Source: Hydrolagus colliei
Lineage: Eukaryota
Length of the DNA: 64,000 nt
Assembly (NCBI GenBank): GCA_035084275.1
Contig: CM068742.1
Location: forward strand, 21,576,001-21,640,000
Direction: 5' to 3'
Made by a program: the position numbers and the translations under genes. Shown piece by piece: positions 35,646-48,580 of this stretch (the stretch's first letter is position 1; the number at the start of each line of letters is the position of its first letter). Under the pieces are notes generated by a model, which did no database searches, had not been told where the DNA came from, and was given only the letters and a program-made list of their open reading frames with translations.

Positions 35646-36727
35646 TTAATCACATTTTAGCAACTGTATGATAGAAAAACTATACACTGGGTGCGAAGGA
35701 AAACCGGGGTTTAATGTGAAATTTGCAACAACTTGATCTTTTGAAATCCAATACTGTACTGTACAGCCGTTTTCCCCCCTATAATAGCTGGCTGGTGCTT
35801 CTTTTCTCATATTACAGTACCTGACTTTGCTTCTTTAGAATTGGCCATTTTCCCAGTCTCCAATTATCCACATGTTTAACCATCTGCTCATTATTTGTGC
35901 CCCGGCTCTTTCCCTTCCTCCCTCCCTCCCTCTCCTTAAAGAAAGTAGAGTTTTTTTGTTTTGGAAAAAAAAAGATGCAAAAATAATTTCAATCGGCAAA
36001 AAAGGGAGTGAAAAACACAGAATAAAACACTGTCACTATAACGAAGGTTCAGTCGTTTGCTGTGTGTGTGTGTGTGTCTGTGAGGATTATTAATGATATC
36101 AGCCAACAATTGTTGAATGATAAACTGCAGAGGGCAGGACTGGGTTAGGGATAGGGTTCTGGTGAATGAACACTGACTGCCACTCGCCTCTGGCTTTGCT
36201 CTCTTCCAACGATTGTCTGTGTGGCAAGCTGAGCCACACTGAGCCAAGCCAGATGAAGCTCTCCCACCGCCAAGGCAGCACCGAGCCAGGTTTGGGGATG
36301 GGATAGGGAAGGGGGCGGGCAGATCTCCCTTCCCTTCTGGATCACTCAACGATTGGACTGAGCCAAGCTGGGAAACCAGGAGTAAACCTTTCACATGATA
36401 GTCCTGCTCACTGCAATACAGAGCGAGTGGTGAGATGGGCTGTCAATCTGTAGTGAACCCCCCCCCCCCCCCCCCCTCCAACCAACCAACCAACCCTCCC
36501 ACCTCCACAGCTGATTCCCTCCCTGTGACTGTGGACGCTGCTGCTCTGTGCATTAATATTAATACAGGGACGGCTTGAGAGAGAGCGGCGTTGAAGAGAG
36601 AGGAGGAAGGAAGGGAGGGGGGGAAGGAAGGAGAGAGAGAGAGGCAGAAAAAGGGGAAGGGGAAAAAAGGAGGAGGAGGAGGAGGAGGAGGTGGTGGGGG
36701 GGAGAAAGAAAAAAAAGTTATTTATCC

Positions 36728-36753
36728 TGACGTCAAATGTAAACAAAATGGCG
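36728..36753 (+). promoter_or_regulatory. Candidate CHSY3 promoter motif cluster (CRE, forkhead, YY1)
   Basis: TGACGTCA at 36728-36735, TGTAAACA at 36738-36745 and AAAATGGCG at 36745-36753, back to back in a repeat-poor purine/pyrimidine-tract region about 1.1 kb upstream of the ATG. Confidence 0.5.
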
Positions 36754-37678
36754 AGATGGGCTGAGAGTGGAGAAGAGGAGGAGGAGAGGAAGAAAAGAGT
36801 GGGAGTGAGTGAGTGCCCGACTCTCCTGTGATGGGCTCTTCCACAGGCATGTGGCGTCCAGCCTGACAAGAGCTTGCTTTGCCGGCAACTTTCTTTCCTA
36901 CTATACATTGCCTTGTGTCGGGGAGAGGAGAGGAGAGGGGGGAGAGATTGGGGGAGGAGGGAGGGAGAGAAAGACCTACCTACCTGTCTGTCTGTCTGTC
37001 TGTCTGGCGATCTATCTAGTCGATATTGTTAATTATGATTGGCTTTTGATGGTTCCCAAGAGCGACATCATGCATAAAACGAGAGACAGATGCAAACGCC
37101 GGGTGAATCTGTGCGAAGAGAGGAGCAGGAGTCCTGACTGGCCCCTGCCATCAGATGCAATAACTTCCCTTCAGGTTGTGTGACAACTTGGAAAGGAAAA
37201 AGAGAGGAGCCAGACTGGAGTTCAGCTGGTGGGCAGTGGGCACTACTTGACTGTGTAGAGGAATTCTTTCCTCTCTCTCTCTCTCTTTACCTTCCCTCTC
37301 TCCCAATTACTTCCACCCCCCCCCCCACACCACCACCACCACCACATTTTTATTTCGGGATAAAAGAAGAGGGGGAGAGGGGGGGGGGGGGGGGCTGTTT
37401 TTTTAAAAAAAATTAAAAACTCATTCAGCTCTGAAAGTTAACACTTTTTTTTAACATGTAAAAAAAAAGAAATCCCTCAACTTTGAGGTAGATTTCCTTT
37501 TTTTTTGGGTGGGGGGGGGGGGGGGGGGGGGATTTTTATGATATAATTAGAATTGATTTTATTAAAGGGACAGGTGGGCTCTTATTTGTTTTATTTTCTT
37601 CTTCTCTCACTTTCTTTTTCTCACACTCTTCTTAGTACCTCCCTTTCTCTTTTTTTTCCTTTCTCACACTATTATTAG

Positions 37679-37711
<33 letters not shown>

Positions 37712-37878
37712 TCCTCCCCACATATATCCACCACCACCCACCCACCCCACTCCCTCTCTCCCCTTTCCTCCCTCCTCTCTCTGTCTCTCTCTATCCCTAT
37801 CTCCCCTCTTCCCCTCCCTCTTGTGAGTGTGTGTTTGCCTGGACCAGGCAGGCAGACAGACAGACAGACAGACCCGGT

Positions 37879-38886
37879 ATGGCTGTGAGGTCTCGCCGAC
37901 CATGGCTGAGTGTAGTGCTGGGGCTGGTGTTGGGTTTCACGGCTGCCTCGTGGCTGGTGGTCCCCAGGGTGGTGGAAATCAATGGGAAAAGCAAAAAAAA
38001 CTCCAACCTCTGCTCCTCGCTGTTTAACCGGGCGGGACTCGGCAAAGCCGCGCTGGGCAAGAGCGGCAGCACCAACAGTGTGGGTGGCAGCAGCAGCAGC
38101 AGCAGCCTGGGCTGGCACAAAGACCATCTCCTCTTCAGCAAACTCCGCGAGGAGGAGGAGGAGGAGGAGGAGGGCAGAGGAGAGGAGGAGGAGGAGGAGG
38201 AGGGCGAAGAGGAGGAGGAAGAGGAGAAGGAAAGAGAGAAGAAGGTGGGGAGAGGTAGAGGAGGAGGTGGGCAGGAGCCGAGGAGCCGAGGTGGGGGCAA
38301 TGTGAGAAGCAAACGTTTCCTCTACGTGGGGGTCATGACTGCCAAGAAGTATCTGGACTCTCGGGCGGTGGCTGCCTACAGGACCTGGGCTCCCTCCATC
38401 CCGGGCAAAGTTGAGTTCTTCTCCAGCGAGGGCTCCCAGGAGGTCCCCACCTCCAGCCCCATCCCCCTGGTCTCCCTGGCGGGGGTGGACGACTCCTATC
38501 CTCCCCAGAAGAAGTCCTTCATGATGCTCAAGTACATGCACGACTCGTACCTGGAGCGCTACGAGTGGTTCATGAGGGCCGACGACGACGTCTACATCAA
38601 GGGGGACAAACTGGAAGAGTTCCTGAGGTCCTTGAACAGCAGCCAACCTCTGTACCTGGGGCAGACCGGCCTGGGCACCAGCGAGGAGCTGGGCAAGTTG
38701 GCCTTGGAGCCGGGCGAGAACTTCTGCATGGGGGGTCCCGGGATGATATTCAGCAGAGAGGTCCTGAGGAGGATGGTGCCTCACATCGGCGAGTGCCTGA
38801 GAGAGATGTACACCACACACGAGGACGTGGAGGTGGGCAGGTGTGTCAGGAGGTTCGGGGACACCCAGTGCGTCTGGTCCTATGAG
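37879..38886 (+). CDS. CHSY3: Chondroitin sulfate synthase 3, first coding exon (336 codons; gene continues beyond window)
   Basis: MAVRSRRPWLSVVLGLVLGFTAASWLVVPRV is the CHSY3-type N-terminus. Catalytic region FLYVGVMTAKKYL...GVDDSYPPQKKSFMM...WFMRADDDVYIKGDKLEEFLRSLNSS...HEDVEVGRCVRRFG..CVWSYE; GAG|GTGAGT donor at 38887, phase 0. Downstream of MINAR2 as in human. Confidence 0.96.
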
Positions 38887-39119
38887 GTGAGTGTGAGCTG
38901 GTGCAAAGATAACTGGGTCGTGGGTTGGGGGGGTGGGGGGTGTCGGTGTCTGAGGGAGGACATCACTTTGCAAACCGTGGCTCCCTTAAGTGACTGCACT
39001 TAAAACAGCTCTGGGTGAGGACAGGGTGAGCCATCGACAGCACAAGAATATATATATATATATATATAGATACTGTGTGTATATATACTATATAAATATA
39101 TATATATATGTCACCTGAG

Positions 39120-39350
39120 AATTGTTAGACAAAAGAAGACCCAAGATCTATCCAGTTTGACTTCACTATCCTGGCAGTCAGCCACATGCCCATGTTGTGT
39201 CCCGGACTGTGTAGTGTATCCCAATATATTAATTCCTGAAATAAACCTTGTTTAATTTGCTTTTGGAAGAATAAACACTCTGCTTCCACCATCTCCCTCG
39301 GGAGCCTGGTTCCATTGCATGTCCTTACTTCCATCACTGAGATAGTCTTC
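39120..39350 (-). mobile_element. CR1 3' tail
   Basis: ctctgcttccaccatctccctcgggagcctggttccattg (anti-sense of WNxLPREMVEAE) and a tail near 39125. Confidence 0.7.
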
Positions 39351-39651
39351 CCACAGATGGGATTGCTTGACCCTAGAGTTATGGTTAATTGGGAGTCACT
39401 GCTTGGACCCTCTTACAGGTTACTAGTATCTTCAGAATTTGATCTCTCTCTCTCTACAAACATATGCTTTTTTTAAAAAAGAAACAAATAAATTCAGCTG
39501 CCTTCAAGATGAGTTGAATCAACAATATTGATGTACAGTAATCAATTTGTGTCTATTTCAATCCTTCCGTGTGAGAATCTATTCCGATTGTGATATGGAG
39601 GAGTGAAACTAGGATGCAAAATATCCTGAATGCTTCTAAATGACCCACTTT

Positions 39652-39915
39652 ATAATAATAATAATCCTTGCATTTGATATGGCGCTTTTCATATCTTATC
39701 ATGTCCCAAAGTGCTTCACAGAATATACTGTAAAGTGAATTGACTGTTTATTTGTGGGTGAAATGCGGCAGCCAATTGCGCACAGCAGTGTCCCACAAAC
39801 AGTCGTGGATTGAAATTACCAATTTTATTATTGTGGTTTTTTTTGATGGATTGTTATTAGGCGTGTGGAGTAAGGAAACTTGCCCAAGGTTTCACCCTGA
39901 CCTGCCTGGATTCGT
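39652..39915 (-). mobile_element. tRNA-head SINE (head truncated)
   Basis: aataataataatccttgcatttgatatggcgc...gcagccaattgcgcacagcagtgtcccacaaacagtcgtggattgaaat...gtggagtaaggaaacttgcccaagg. Confidence 0.88.
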
Positions 39916-41470
39916 ACTTCGTCAAATGGTACAAGCTTAACAAAATGTTATCAATTACATTAGCTGAGTAACATTGATGTAAAATTGACCCGAAGACTTA
40001 ACAGAGTGAAAGAAAAAAAAATAAGCATGTTCACTTTTTTGTTACTTTTAAACCGTATACAAGAAACTGTGATTTTTGCAAGATGCAATAACAAAAGTGA
40101 AAGAACTCAGTTTGTGTCACGTTTGTGCAGTTGATGTAACTCAAATACATAATGTTTCTAGCAGGGGTGATACTAAGTAGCTCAACAGATTGATAGTTTC
40201 TCTTAAGATGTTCTCAGTGTCCTGGTCTACCTTTTTGCATGTAAATGGTGTTTTATACTCTTTTCATTGTACTGTACTTTTAAAAATCCCTGCTCGGGTA
40301 ATGAATGACGTTGACAGAGACACAGTTGTACAGGCCTGTTATTCTGGAGTCACAGAGTAAAGAATTATTGCAGAATAAATAAGGGAATTTATTCTGTTTA
40401 ATCATTTAATTTAATCATATAAAATGTTGGCAATTTATATGATTGGTTCATGTTTAGTGATAACTGTTTCATTTCAAGTCATTTGTCTTGTTCACCTGAG
40501 ATAATATGAATACAATTCAGAATTTCAAGAGGTTAAGTAAATAGGTAACCGGAATGCAAAATAATGACTTCCCTACATGTCTAAATGCATATTCCCGCTT
40601 TTGCAATGTTAGTGGGCTCATCCACAAAAAGGTGGTGGTTATAAAGAAGTCAGCATGGGTATTTGAACTATGAAGGTACCGATGAACACTATTCTCTGCG
40701 CTTTTAGGATTCCAAGGCACTGTATGTGAAAAAAAACAGTATCTTGTTTTATAACACAGTGCAGGAATCTTTAGCTAAAGTAGTGAGAGATTAAAAAAAA
40801 TCAATTGAGATTGCCTGTAATGATACTTTGTTGAATGGACAATGTAAGTAACAGAATAAAGCACGTGTCATCCATTGAGAATGCATACTGGTAATCTGTT
40901 CCATGCACATTTTATGCAATGAAGTTTCTTCTCTTTATAAAATACACTTTGTTTAGTTCTTTTGCAGGAATGTTTGTTTTTGTCACTGAGTTATGTGCAA
41001 GTGATAGGAAGCGCAAGGTCACATAAGCTTTGCTTTGTGATTCTTGTCCTTGGGATATGGCTGCTATCAAGTACACTTTGTTTTCTTATTTGGCAAAGTA
41101 CTGCATATCAAATTTGTGAATAGGGAATCTTTTATGTTCATCTTGAGTTAGCTAATATTGTCAAGAGCAATAAACAAGAGCTAATTGGTCGAGGCTCCCG
41201 CTTGTCATGAGTGATCTGAATGAGGACAAGATTGTACTTGTGTGATGCTCCGCTCTTTGTTTTTGTCTGTCTGCTGACTGCTGCTATATAAACTCATAAG
41301 AAGAAGAACCACTTGACCGATCCAGTGGAAGACTAAATGCTCGGAGAACCGTATGTTATCTTGACTCAAATGGCTTTAGAAATGGAGATGAAGGAAAGGC
41401 AAAAAAAAATGACTCGAGGATTGTTTGAATGATTTTCTATCCTATTTCGATTGGTTGTTGGTAAAACTGA

Positions 41471-41840
41471 GAACAACAACAACTACAATTACATTTGTTT
41501 AGCGCCTTTCACGTTGGGCGGACATCTCCAGGTGCTGGACAGTCAGTATTTCGGACCTGGGCTGAGGTAGGGATTGGGGAGGGTGGAGGGAAGTGGGGGT
41601 GACATGGCACAGTCGAAGAGGAGGGTCTTAAGGCAGGACTTGAAGGAGGCTAGGGAGGGGGGTGCGAGGTGGAGGGATTGTGGGATGGAATTCTAAATGT
41701 TGGGGGCAGAGTGGCTGAAGGCTCCCCTGCTGATGGTGGGCCTGGTGGGTTGGGGGACATGGAGCAGGCCGGAGTCCACTGAGCGGAGAGAATGGACAGG
41801 TTGGTGAAGGACTAGGAGGTTTCAGAGGTAGGGTGGGGCA
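41471..41840 (-). mobile_element. L2 LINE 3' fragment
   Basis: Tail aacaacaac...agcgcctttcacgttgggcggacatc; gaggagggtcttaagg...gagtggctgaaggctc (anti-sense of AFSH.AP). Confidence 0.75.
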
Positions 41841-42201
41841 ATACTTTGAAAATATTGTGACAATAGTCGCTATTTATGATGTAGTTTACTTTGTCAGTTT
41901 TGTATGTAGCTCCCTTTATTAAACACTTTGAAAAGAGATGTGCACCACGGCCTTACCTTTCATCAAACTACAGTATTTTGTTAGAAGATCACTAAATATT
42001 TCCTAGGTGAGTTAAAGGACAATGTACAGTGACATAGCATATTGAGAGTACTTTTAAAGTGCATTGTATAGGGACTTTAAAAATATAGGATGCAGTGTTA
42101 ATCCTTGCACTTCACTGAACTGTTATTAAGGTTGTATTAAGTAGTATTTAAATACTAGTATTAGTTTATTATTAATAATACTGGTATTTAAGTAGTATTG
42201 A

Positions 42202-42921
42202 GGAGTCCTGTAGCTCAGTGGTTAGAGCTTTACAAGTGAGAGACCTAGATTCAATTTCAGGCAGGGCGAAACCTTGGGCAAATTTCCTTACTTTAATTTT
42301 TTTTGGAGGGATTATTATTAATCATTTCAATCCACAGTTTGTGGGACACTTCTGTGTACAATTGGCTGCCACGTTTTGCCCCCAAAATATGATCAATTCA
42401 TATTCTGTGAAGAGCTTTGAGACATCTAGAAGATGTGAAAAGGACTATATGAAATGCAAGGATTATTATTTTATCTATAGTAGTAATAATAATAGTTTAA
42501 AATAATCATTGCTTTCAATATTGCAACTACAGCATGTTTTTGAGATGTCTCAAAGCAGTTCAAAATATACTTTAAAGTGAATTGATTGTATATTGTGGGG
42601 GCAAACATAATGTGGAGCTCCTGCAGCTCAGTGGTTAGAGCACTTGCCTTACAAGTGTTCAAATCCAGGCAGGTCAGGGTGAAACCTTGGGCAAATTTCC
42701 TTACTCCACACGCCTAATAATAATCCGTCCCCCAAAAAACACAATAATAAAAATTGGTCATTTCAATCCACGCCTGTTTGTGAGACACTCTTGTGCGCAA
42801 TTGGCTGCCGCGTTTCGCCCACAAAAATACAGTCAATTCACTTTAAAGTATATTCTGTTAAGCGCTTTGAGGCTTCGATAAGATGCAAAAAGCGCTATAT
42901 CAAATGCAAGGATTATTATTA
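42202..42921 (+). mobile_element. SINE cluster: two full-length plus copies flanking a minus 3' half
   Basis: Plus copies at 42202-42470 and 42614-42921 (heads GGAGTCCTGTAGCTCAGTGG / GGAGCTCCTGCAGCTCAGTGG); minus tail at about 42490-42610. Confidence 0.88.
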
Positions 42922-45104
42922 TGTTATTAACGTGATTTTTTTGTGGGCATGTGTTTGTTTAATCAAAATAAGCATTCTTTGACAGAGAAGAGGAACATTT
43001 TCTTTTAACTTTACTAAATGTTTGAAACTTGGAACCAGAAACAAACTGTCCTATATGAAATTTACAGTGTGCATCCAAGTTGTTGTTGTTTATTAACTGA
43101 TTAAACAACTTACAGTGTTTGGTACCAAAAGCTTTTATGAATGTGCAAGCTGTTTGTTTTTATTTAATAATTGTTGTTTCCCTTTTTGTGCTAAATCGAA
43201 ACGCTATTCATAAACATCAGGTGTAGTTGTACTGTAGTTGAATAATTTCTTTGTTTACCTTAAGATTATGTACGGTATTCACTTCTTACTGTATTTTAAA
43301 CTTAGCATTATTCAATGGCACACATTGAGCTTGGTCAACGATTAGGTCTGCTTTGTAATTTACTTGATGAAAACAAACCTTGCATTTGACAAAGCACCCA
43401 CCTTTCACAATAGGACAATATCCTAAAGCACTTCACTAGATTTATTGTGGAGGGGAGACACTGTGTATGAGTCGGCAAATATGGTAGCCTATTTGTAAAC
43501 AGCAATGTCCAACAAACAGCCATGAAATTAAAACGTTGACCAGGAGAAACTCCCTTCTCTTTTGGAATTGTGTGTTGGATTGTTTAATGTCTACAACATT
43601 TAGGACTCTGAGGTGAGAGTGCTACCATGTACAGTATATGTTTTTATCAAATCCCCTAAATTTGGATTGACCACTAAAGAGATTTCTGAAGGGAGTGCCT
43701 TACTGGATGTGGTTGGAGGAAAATTGAGATGAAAATGATTCTGTGGTTGTCGTTAGATGTGTCTTCTCATAACCACAGCCACGACACTAACAAAACATAA
43801 ACAATTAGGCTAAAAATAATATGTTTCACAAAAATATATTTCAGGACTCACAAAATATAGTCAGTTCATTTTACAGTATTATTAGTGAAGTGCTTGAGGC
43901 ATCTCAACAATGTGATGAGGCTCGCATGCAAGGATTATTATCACTATATGCCAGAACATAGACCTGGGTTGATACAGAAGGGAATGTTTCATGTTTTATG
44001 AGTAAAGCTCTGTAACTGTTTTGTGCTTTTGGGACTGAGTAGCTTTGTTGACACTTGACATTATACCTTCTTACTGAAGCAAACCAATGGCGAATTTGAG
44101 TACAGAGGTACATAAATGCATACTTATCTCACACCTGTCTGAGCCATATCTATAATAATAATAATAATAATAATATTTAGATGGCAATAGAAGCTTACCT
44201 CCATGGGTCAGTATCAATGCATGTAAAATATACAAAATTATTCGTGCATTTCGTATAGCAACCATATAGTGTCAGGGAGAATGTCTCAAAGTGCTTCATA
44301 GAACTTACTATGAAGCTTGATGACTGTGTATTTTGTAGGTGAACACAACAGTGTGTAAATTGGGCGGCTGAGAGAAAAAACACAGAATCCTGTGCAAAAC
44401 AACCTATGTATGGGATCTTTGCTTATTCAAAGTTTCACGTGGATATAATTAATGTCTATGTGTTGCAAAATTGTATGCACTTTTTTTTGAAAAAAGGAAA
44501 GCTTTTATTTCAGATTTTCAGCCTTTATAGTTTATCTTGCATGCTGTGAATTTTTTTTTTTAATTGCACCGCTTTGGTTGGTAAAGTTCTGTTCCTTTGG
44601 TAAATGTGAATATAATCACAGAATTCACTCGCTCTTTCTTGAAACAATTTGAACTTTGTTTATAACAGTTGTCGGTTCTCAGTTGTTGGTCTTGTGCCCA
44701 AAGCAATTTCTCTGCCAGAAGTGGGAAGAGAAGTCTCCATCAGATAAATGCAATTCTGTAAGTGCATATTATATGCAACATTCAGTGCTCACTCAGACCA
44801 ATTAACTTCAAAAGAAGCCTATCCTTGCTGGATCTAACAATATATTTAATATATGTGGATACCTTTCGCCCTCAAATATACAGTTAATTATATAGTCAAT
44901 TCACTTTACATTATATTCTGTGAAGTGCTTTGAGACGTGTAGATGTGAAAAGTGCAATGTTGAATTGCAAGAATTATTATCATTGTATACACCTGTTAGC
45001 ATTATGCTTGAATAAAGGAATATTGCTTCATGTGATGTATGAATACCCTGAAACTTAGTGACTTCTGGCCCCAAATTAATTAATAAAGACTATCTATAAT
45101 GCTC

Positions 45105-45540
45105 ACAGGTCTCAGCTTGGTTAAATTGGTAGCACTCTTATCTATGAATCAGAAGGTTGTGGGGTCATAGTCTGGGCTGATACCCTTTTGTAGCACTGGG
45201 GTACTCTGCTGCATTGTCAGAGGTGCTGTCATTTGACATTAAACCAAGATGCAGTTTATCTATTTATATGGATGCTAAAGATGAACTGTGCCCAGCTGCA
45301 TTATGCAAAAAGAGAACTAAATGCAAGTTTCTCCCAGTGTTCTAGCCAACAATCTCCAAGATAAAATGGTCATTCATTCTTTGACTGTTTGACAAACAGT
45401 CAAAGATGGGCACAAATTGGCTGTTGCAATTGCCTGCAAAAAATAAACAGCTTCCAGCGAAAATCCTGTGAAGCACTTTGAGATAATTCGGCAGCATGAT
45501 TAAAGCACTAGTTGAAAAGCAAGGATTATGATTATTATTT
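45105..45540 (+). mobile_element. Older Deu-domain SINE
   Basis: ctcagcttggttaaattggtagcactct...gaaggttgtgggg...gctgcattgtcagaggtgctgtc...cacaaattggctgttgc...tgtgaagcactttgag. Confidence 0.6.
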
Positions 45541-45630
45541 ATCATATACATAGATGTTTATCATGCTATGCAGATTATCGCGTGAAAATTATAATAATTT
45601 ATATGTGACCATTATAATAATAGGTAGCAC

Positions 45631-46200
45631 TATAATCCTTGCATTTGATACAGTGCCTTATCACGTCTCAAAGAGCTTCACAGAACATACTACAAAGTGA
45701 ATTTACTGTTTTGTGGGCAAAATGAAGCAGCCAATTGCACACAGTAGTGTCCCACAAATGTGGATTGAGGGACACCGTTTATTTGGAAGGGATTATTACC
45801 CACAGAAAATTGAACAGTCAATCGACTAACAACCAGGTTGCTATTTAGTGCTAGGTAAACAGGCATACCAAGTAAGGAAACTTGCCCAACATTTTGCCCT
45901 GCCCAGGACATCCAACCCTAGCTTACAAGGCGAGTGTTCTAATTGCTAAGCAATAGACTGATCAATAAAGATGTTCCATACAGATTATTACATTTCTCCA
46001 ATATTCTTATTGTGGAGTCCTGTAGCTCAGTTTGGAGTCCTGTAGCTCATTGGTTAGAGCACTCTTCTTGCAAGCGAGAGACCTGAGTTCAATTCCAGGC
46101 AGGATGAAACCTTGGGAAAGTTTCCTTACTCCACACGCCTGATAATTCATAATCTCCTCAGAGAACTGAGGACTTGCGCTTCGATAAAAGTCCTTCACAT
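45631..46200. mobile_element. Head-to-head SINE pair
   Basis: Minus copy at about 45631-45950; plus copy from about 46015 with a tandemly duplicated head (ggagtcctgtagctca x2). Confidence 0.75.
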
Positions 46201-48580
46201 AGAGATGTGTATACTCTGTATATTTGAAATAAGGTGTTCATTTTGTTCCTTTTCCTCCCTCCCCCACATAAATACATTGTTGAGTTGGTTGAAATGTTTT
46301 GCTAAAGCACGTCACCTTCAAGCATTCTCCCTTTTGCCTCAAAATGCAGGGGGTTCAAACTCCCCTCCCACCCCCCCAACCAACATGTAGTACATGCTGA
46401 CGCTCCAATGCAATGCCACAGTGTGTTGGTTGGAGTTGCCATCCTTCGGATAGACGTTAAGCCAAAAAACCTGCTGCTGTGGTGATGAATGTTATATATC
46501 CCATGGCAGTATTTGTAAAGAGAAAGCGTTTCTTGTGTTCTGTCCAACAATCTCCCAAATAAAATTATGCGCAGCACAAGACTCTTTATGAGATATTGCT
46601 GTACAGAATTACCTGCCACATTTGCCCACAAAATACACAGTTGATTCATTTTACAATATATCCTGTGAAGTGCTTTGCGATGTTTTCATTTTGTGATATC
46701 AAATGCAAGGATTATTTTCATTTAATAATGCTGAAGGTACGATGTGTTTGCAGTGTTGTTTCATTAACGAAGCTACAGCTAACATGATGGGATTGGGTGT
46801 ATATATATATATAGGCAGTTTGTGTATAATCCGAATGCAAAATGTTTGAAAACTGCAATGTTATAATTCCTGCTATGTCTGCTTTTGTATGAGCATCTCA
46901 GAAATTGTAGCATAGGAGGTGGCCACCCAGCCCATTGAGCTGAAAATGCTGCTAACTCATCCAGTGAAGTTAACTGCTGTACTGGAATCTGAATTCCCTC
47001 TATACCATCTACCAACACTCATGTGAAAGTCTGCAATTATAACTGTGCTGTTTATCAATCAAAGTAATAAACTTTCAATCCATATCACTGGAAGATTAAA
47101 GAAAAGATGGATGGAGTATTAGAGTGATCAGTAATAGTTCTAAAGGTTATTTATTCCCTTTGGAATTTGAGAGTGTATTTAAAGGTAAAATGTTTAACAC
47201 AGTGTTTCATTTCCATGTGTGGGATCCGTTCTGATATATTTATGCATTAGAAAAGTACTAAAGAATTACCAACTTCAAGACATTAACTAAGACTGAATCT
47301 CTAGCATACACTATACATAAGTGTCCAGTCAACAATATTCATCAACATCATTTTAATAATGTCAGATAAAAGACATAACTAAATGTCTGTGTCTCTTCCT
47401 TCCCTACCTAGTATCCTGATGCTACAGACACACTGTCTAAATCGTAAAGTAGGTTTGAACTTATGTATATTATGCAATGAGATGCAGTGTACAATATGCA
47501 TAGTGAAAAGTTCAGATATGACCTTTTTAAAATTAAAAATATTTAAATTCTTCCCTTCAAATTTAAAGAGTTTGATTAACAACAATTATACAAGATGCGA
47601 TATAAACCTTTTTTTTAGCAATATTTTAAGCTGTTCATTTTCTGAATTATAATTCATTAATATTTACCTATATATGGATCTGAAATATAGTTGGTCTAAC
47701 AGTTTTCATTTTGATCTATGGTTTTCAAAGATCATTCAAGATGAAAATGACCGCATAATATAAAGAGCTCTATATACAGCTTACATATTATTTACTGGCA
47801 AATCAAGGTATAGGGCAAATGTGCAGTAAACCACCAAGATTAAAAAGAGTAGTGAAAAGACAACATGAATCTACTTGAATTGACTGTTGTGTCAAATTTT
47901 GAGAATTAAGAGGTTAGATTGGTATGTGTGTGGGTGGGTGGTGGTAGTGGGGGTTGTTGAAAATTAAGGAAGCAAAGGGTTCTATGGTTTTGAGGTACTG
48001 TGAAAGAATGAATCGCGGTTAGAATCAGTGGTATGGGTTTAATTTAAACACGGGGAAGATACATGGAAGAAGGAAGAGTATGTGGAATGAATTACCTACT
48101 GGAGATTAGCTGAAGCTAGAAATGGAAAGAGCAGAAAGGCATTGATCACAATGGTGTTGGTGAAATAGAGAAAGAATGTACTGTATGCCTCAGTGATCAG
48201 CTGGGCAATGCTAGTCATCACCTTTTCATTTCCACTGATTTATCAATGCTGAAGTTCTGTTCTAAAAAGGTAGAGAAGAACTAATTCTTCTTATTTCTTC
48301 TCACCTGCTGTGCCTTGGTTGACTGACTCTGTCCCAGCAGATATGGATTATTAAACTCTGACAAATTGGGGAATCTTGAACAGATCTTGAGTCCATACCC
48401 ACCATACCGTCCATTCAGCTACAAATGACAATGCTGGAAAAGACTGACCCATTGAGCAATGTTTATTTGGTACAATACATCAAATGATTGAAATAAATCA
48501 CTGTGGATTGCAGACAAAGCTGTAAAGAATTGAAATTTAAGTCTGATTTGAAGATGAGTCCTTGAGAGTTTTCTCATGTA

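Noticed and set aside
37675-38973. 432-aa minus-strand ORF
   Set aside because: Antisense shadow of the GC-rich CHSY3 exon plus simple repeats; no recognisable domain.
42202-42275. tRNA-like sequences (A box TAGCTCAGTGG, B box GTTCAA/GAATCC) at many sites
   Set aside because: Each continues into SINE body and tail; no complete cloverleaf with acceptor stem, so these are SINE heads and not tRNA genes.
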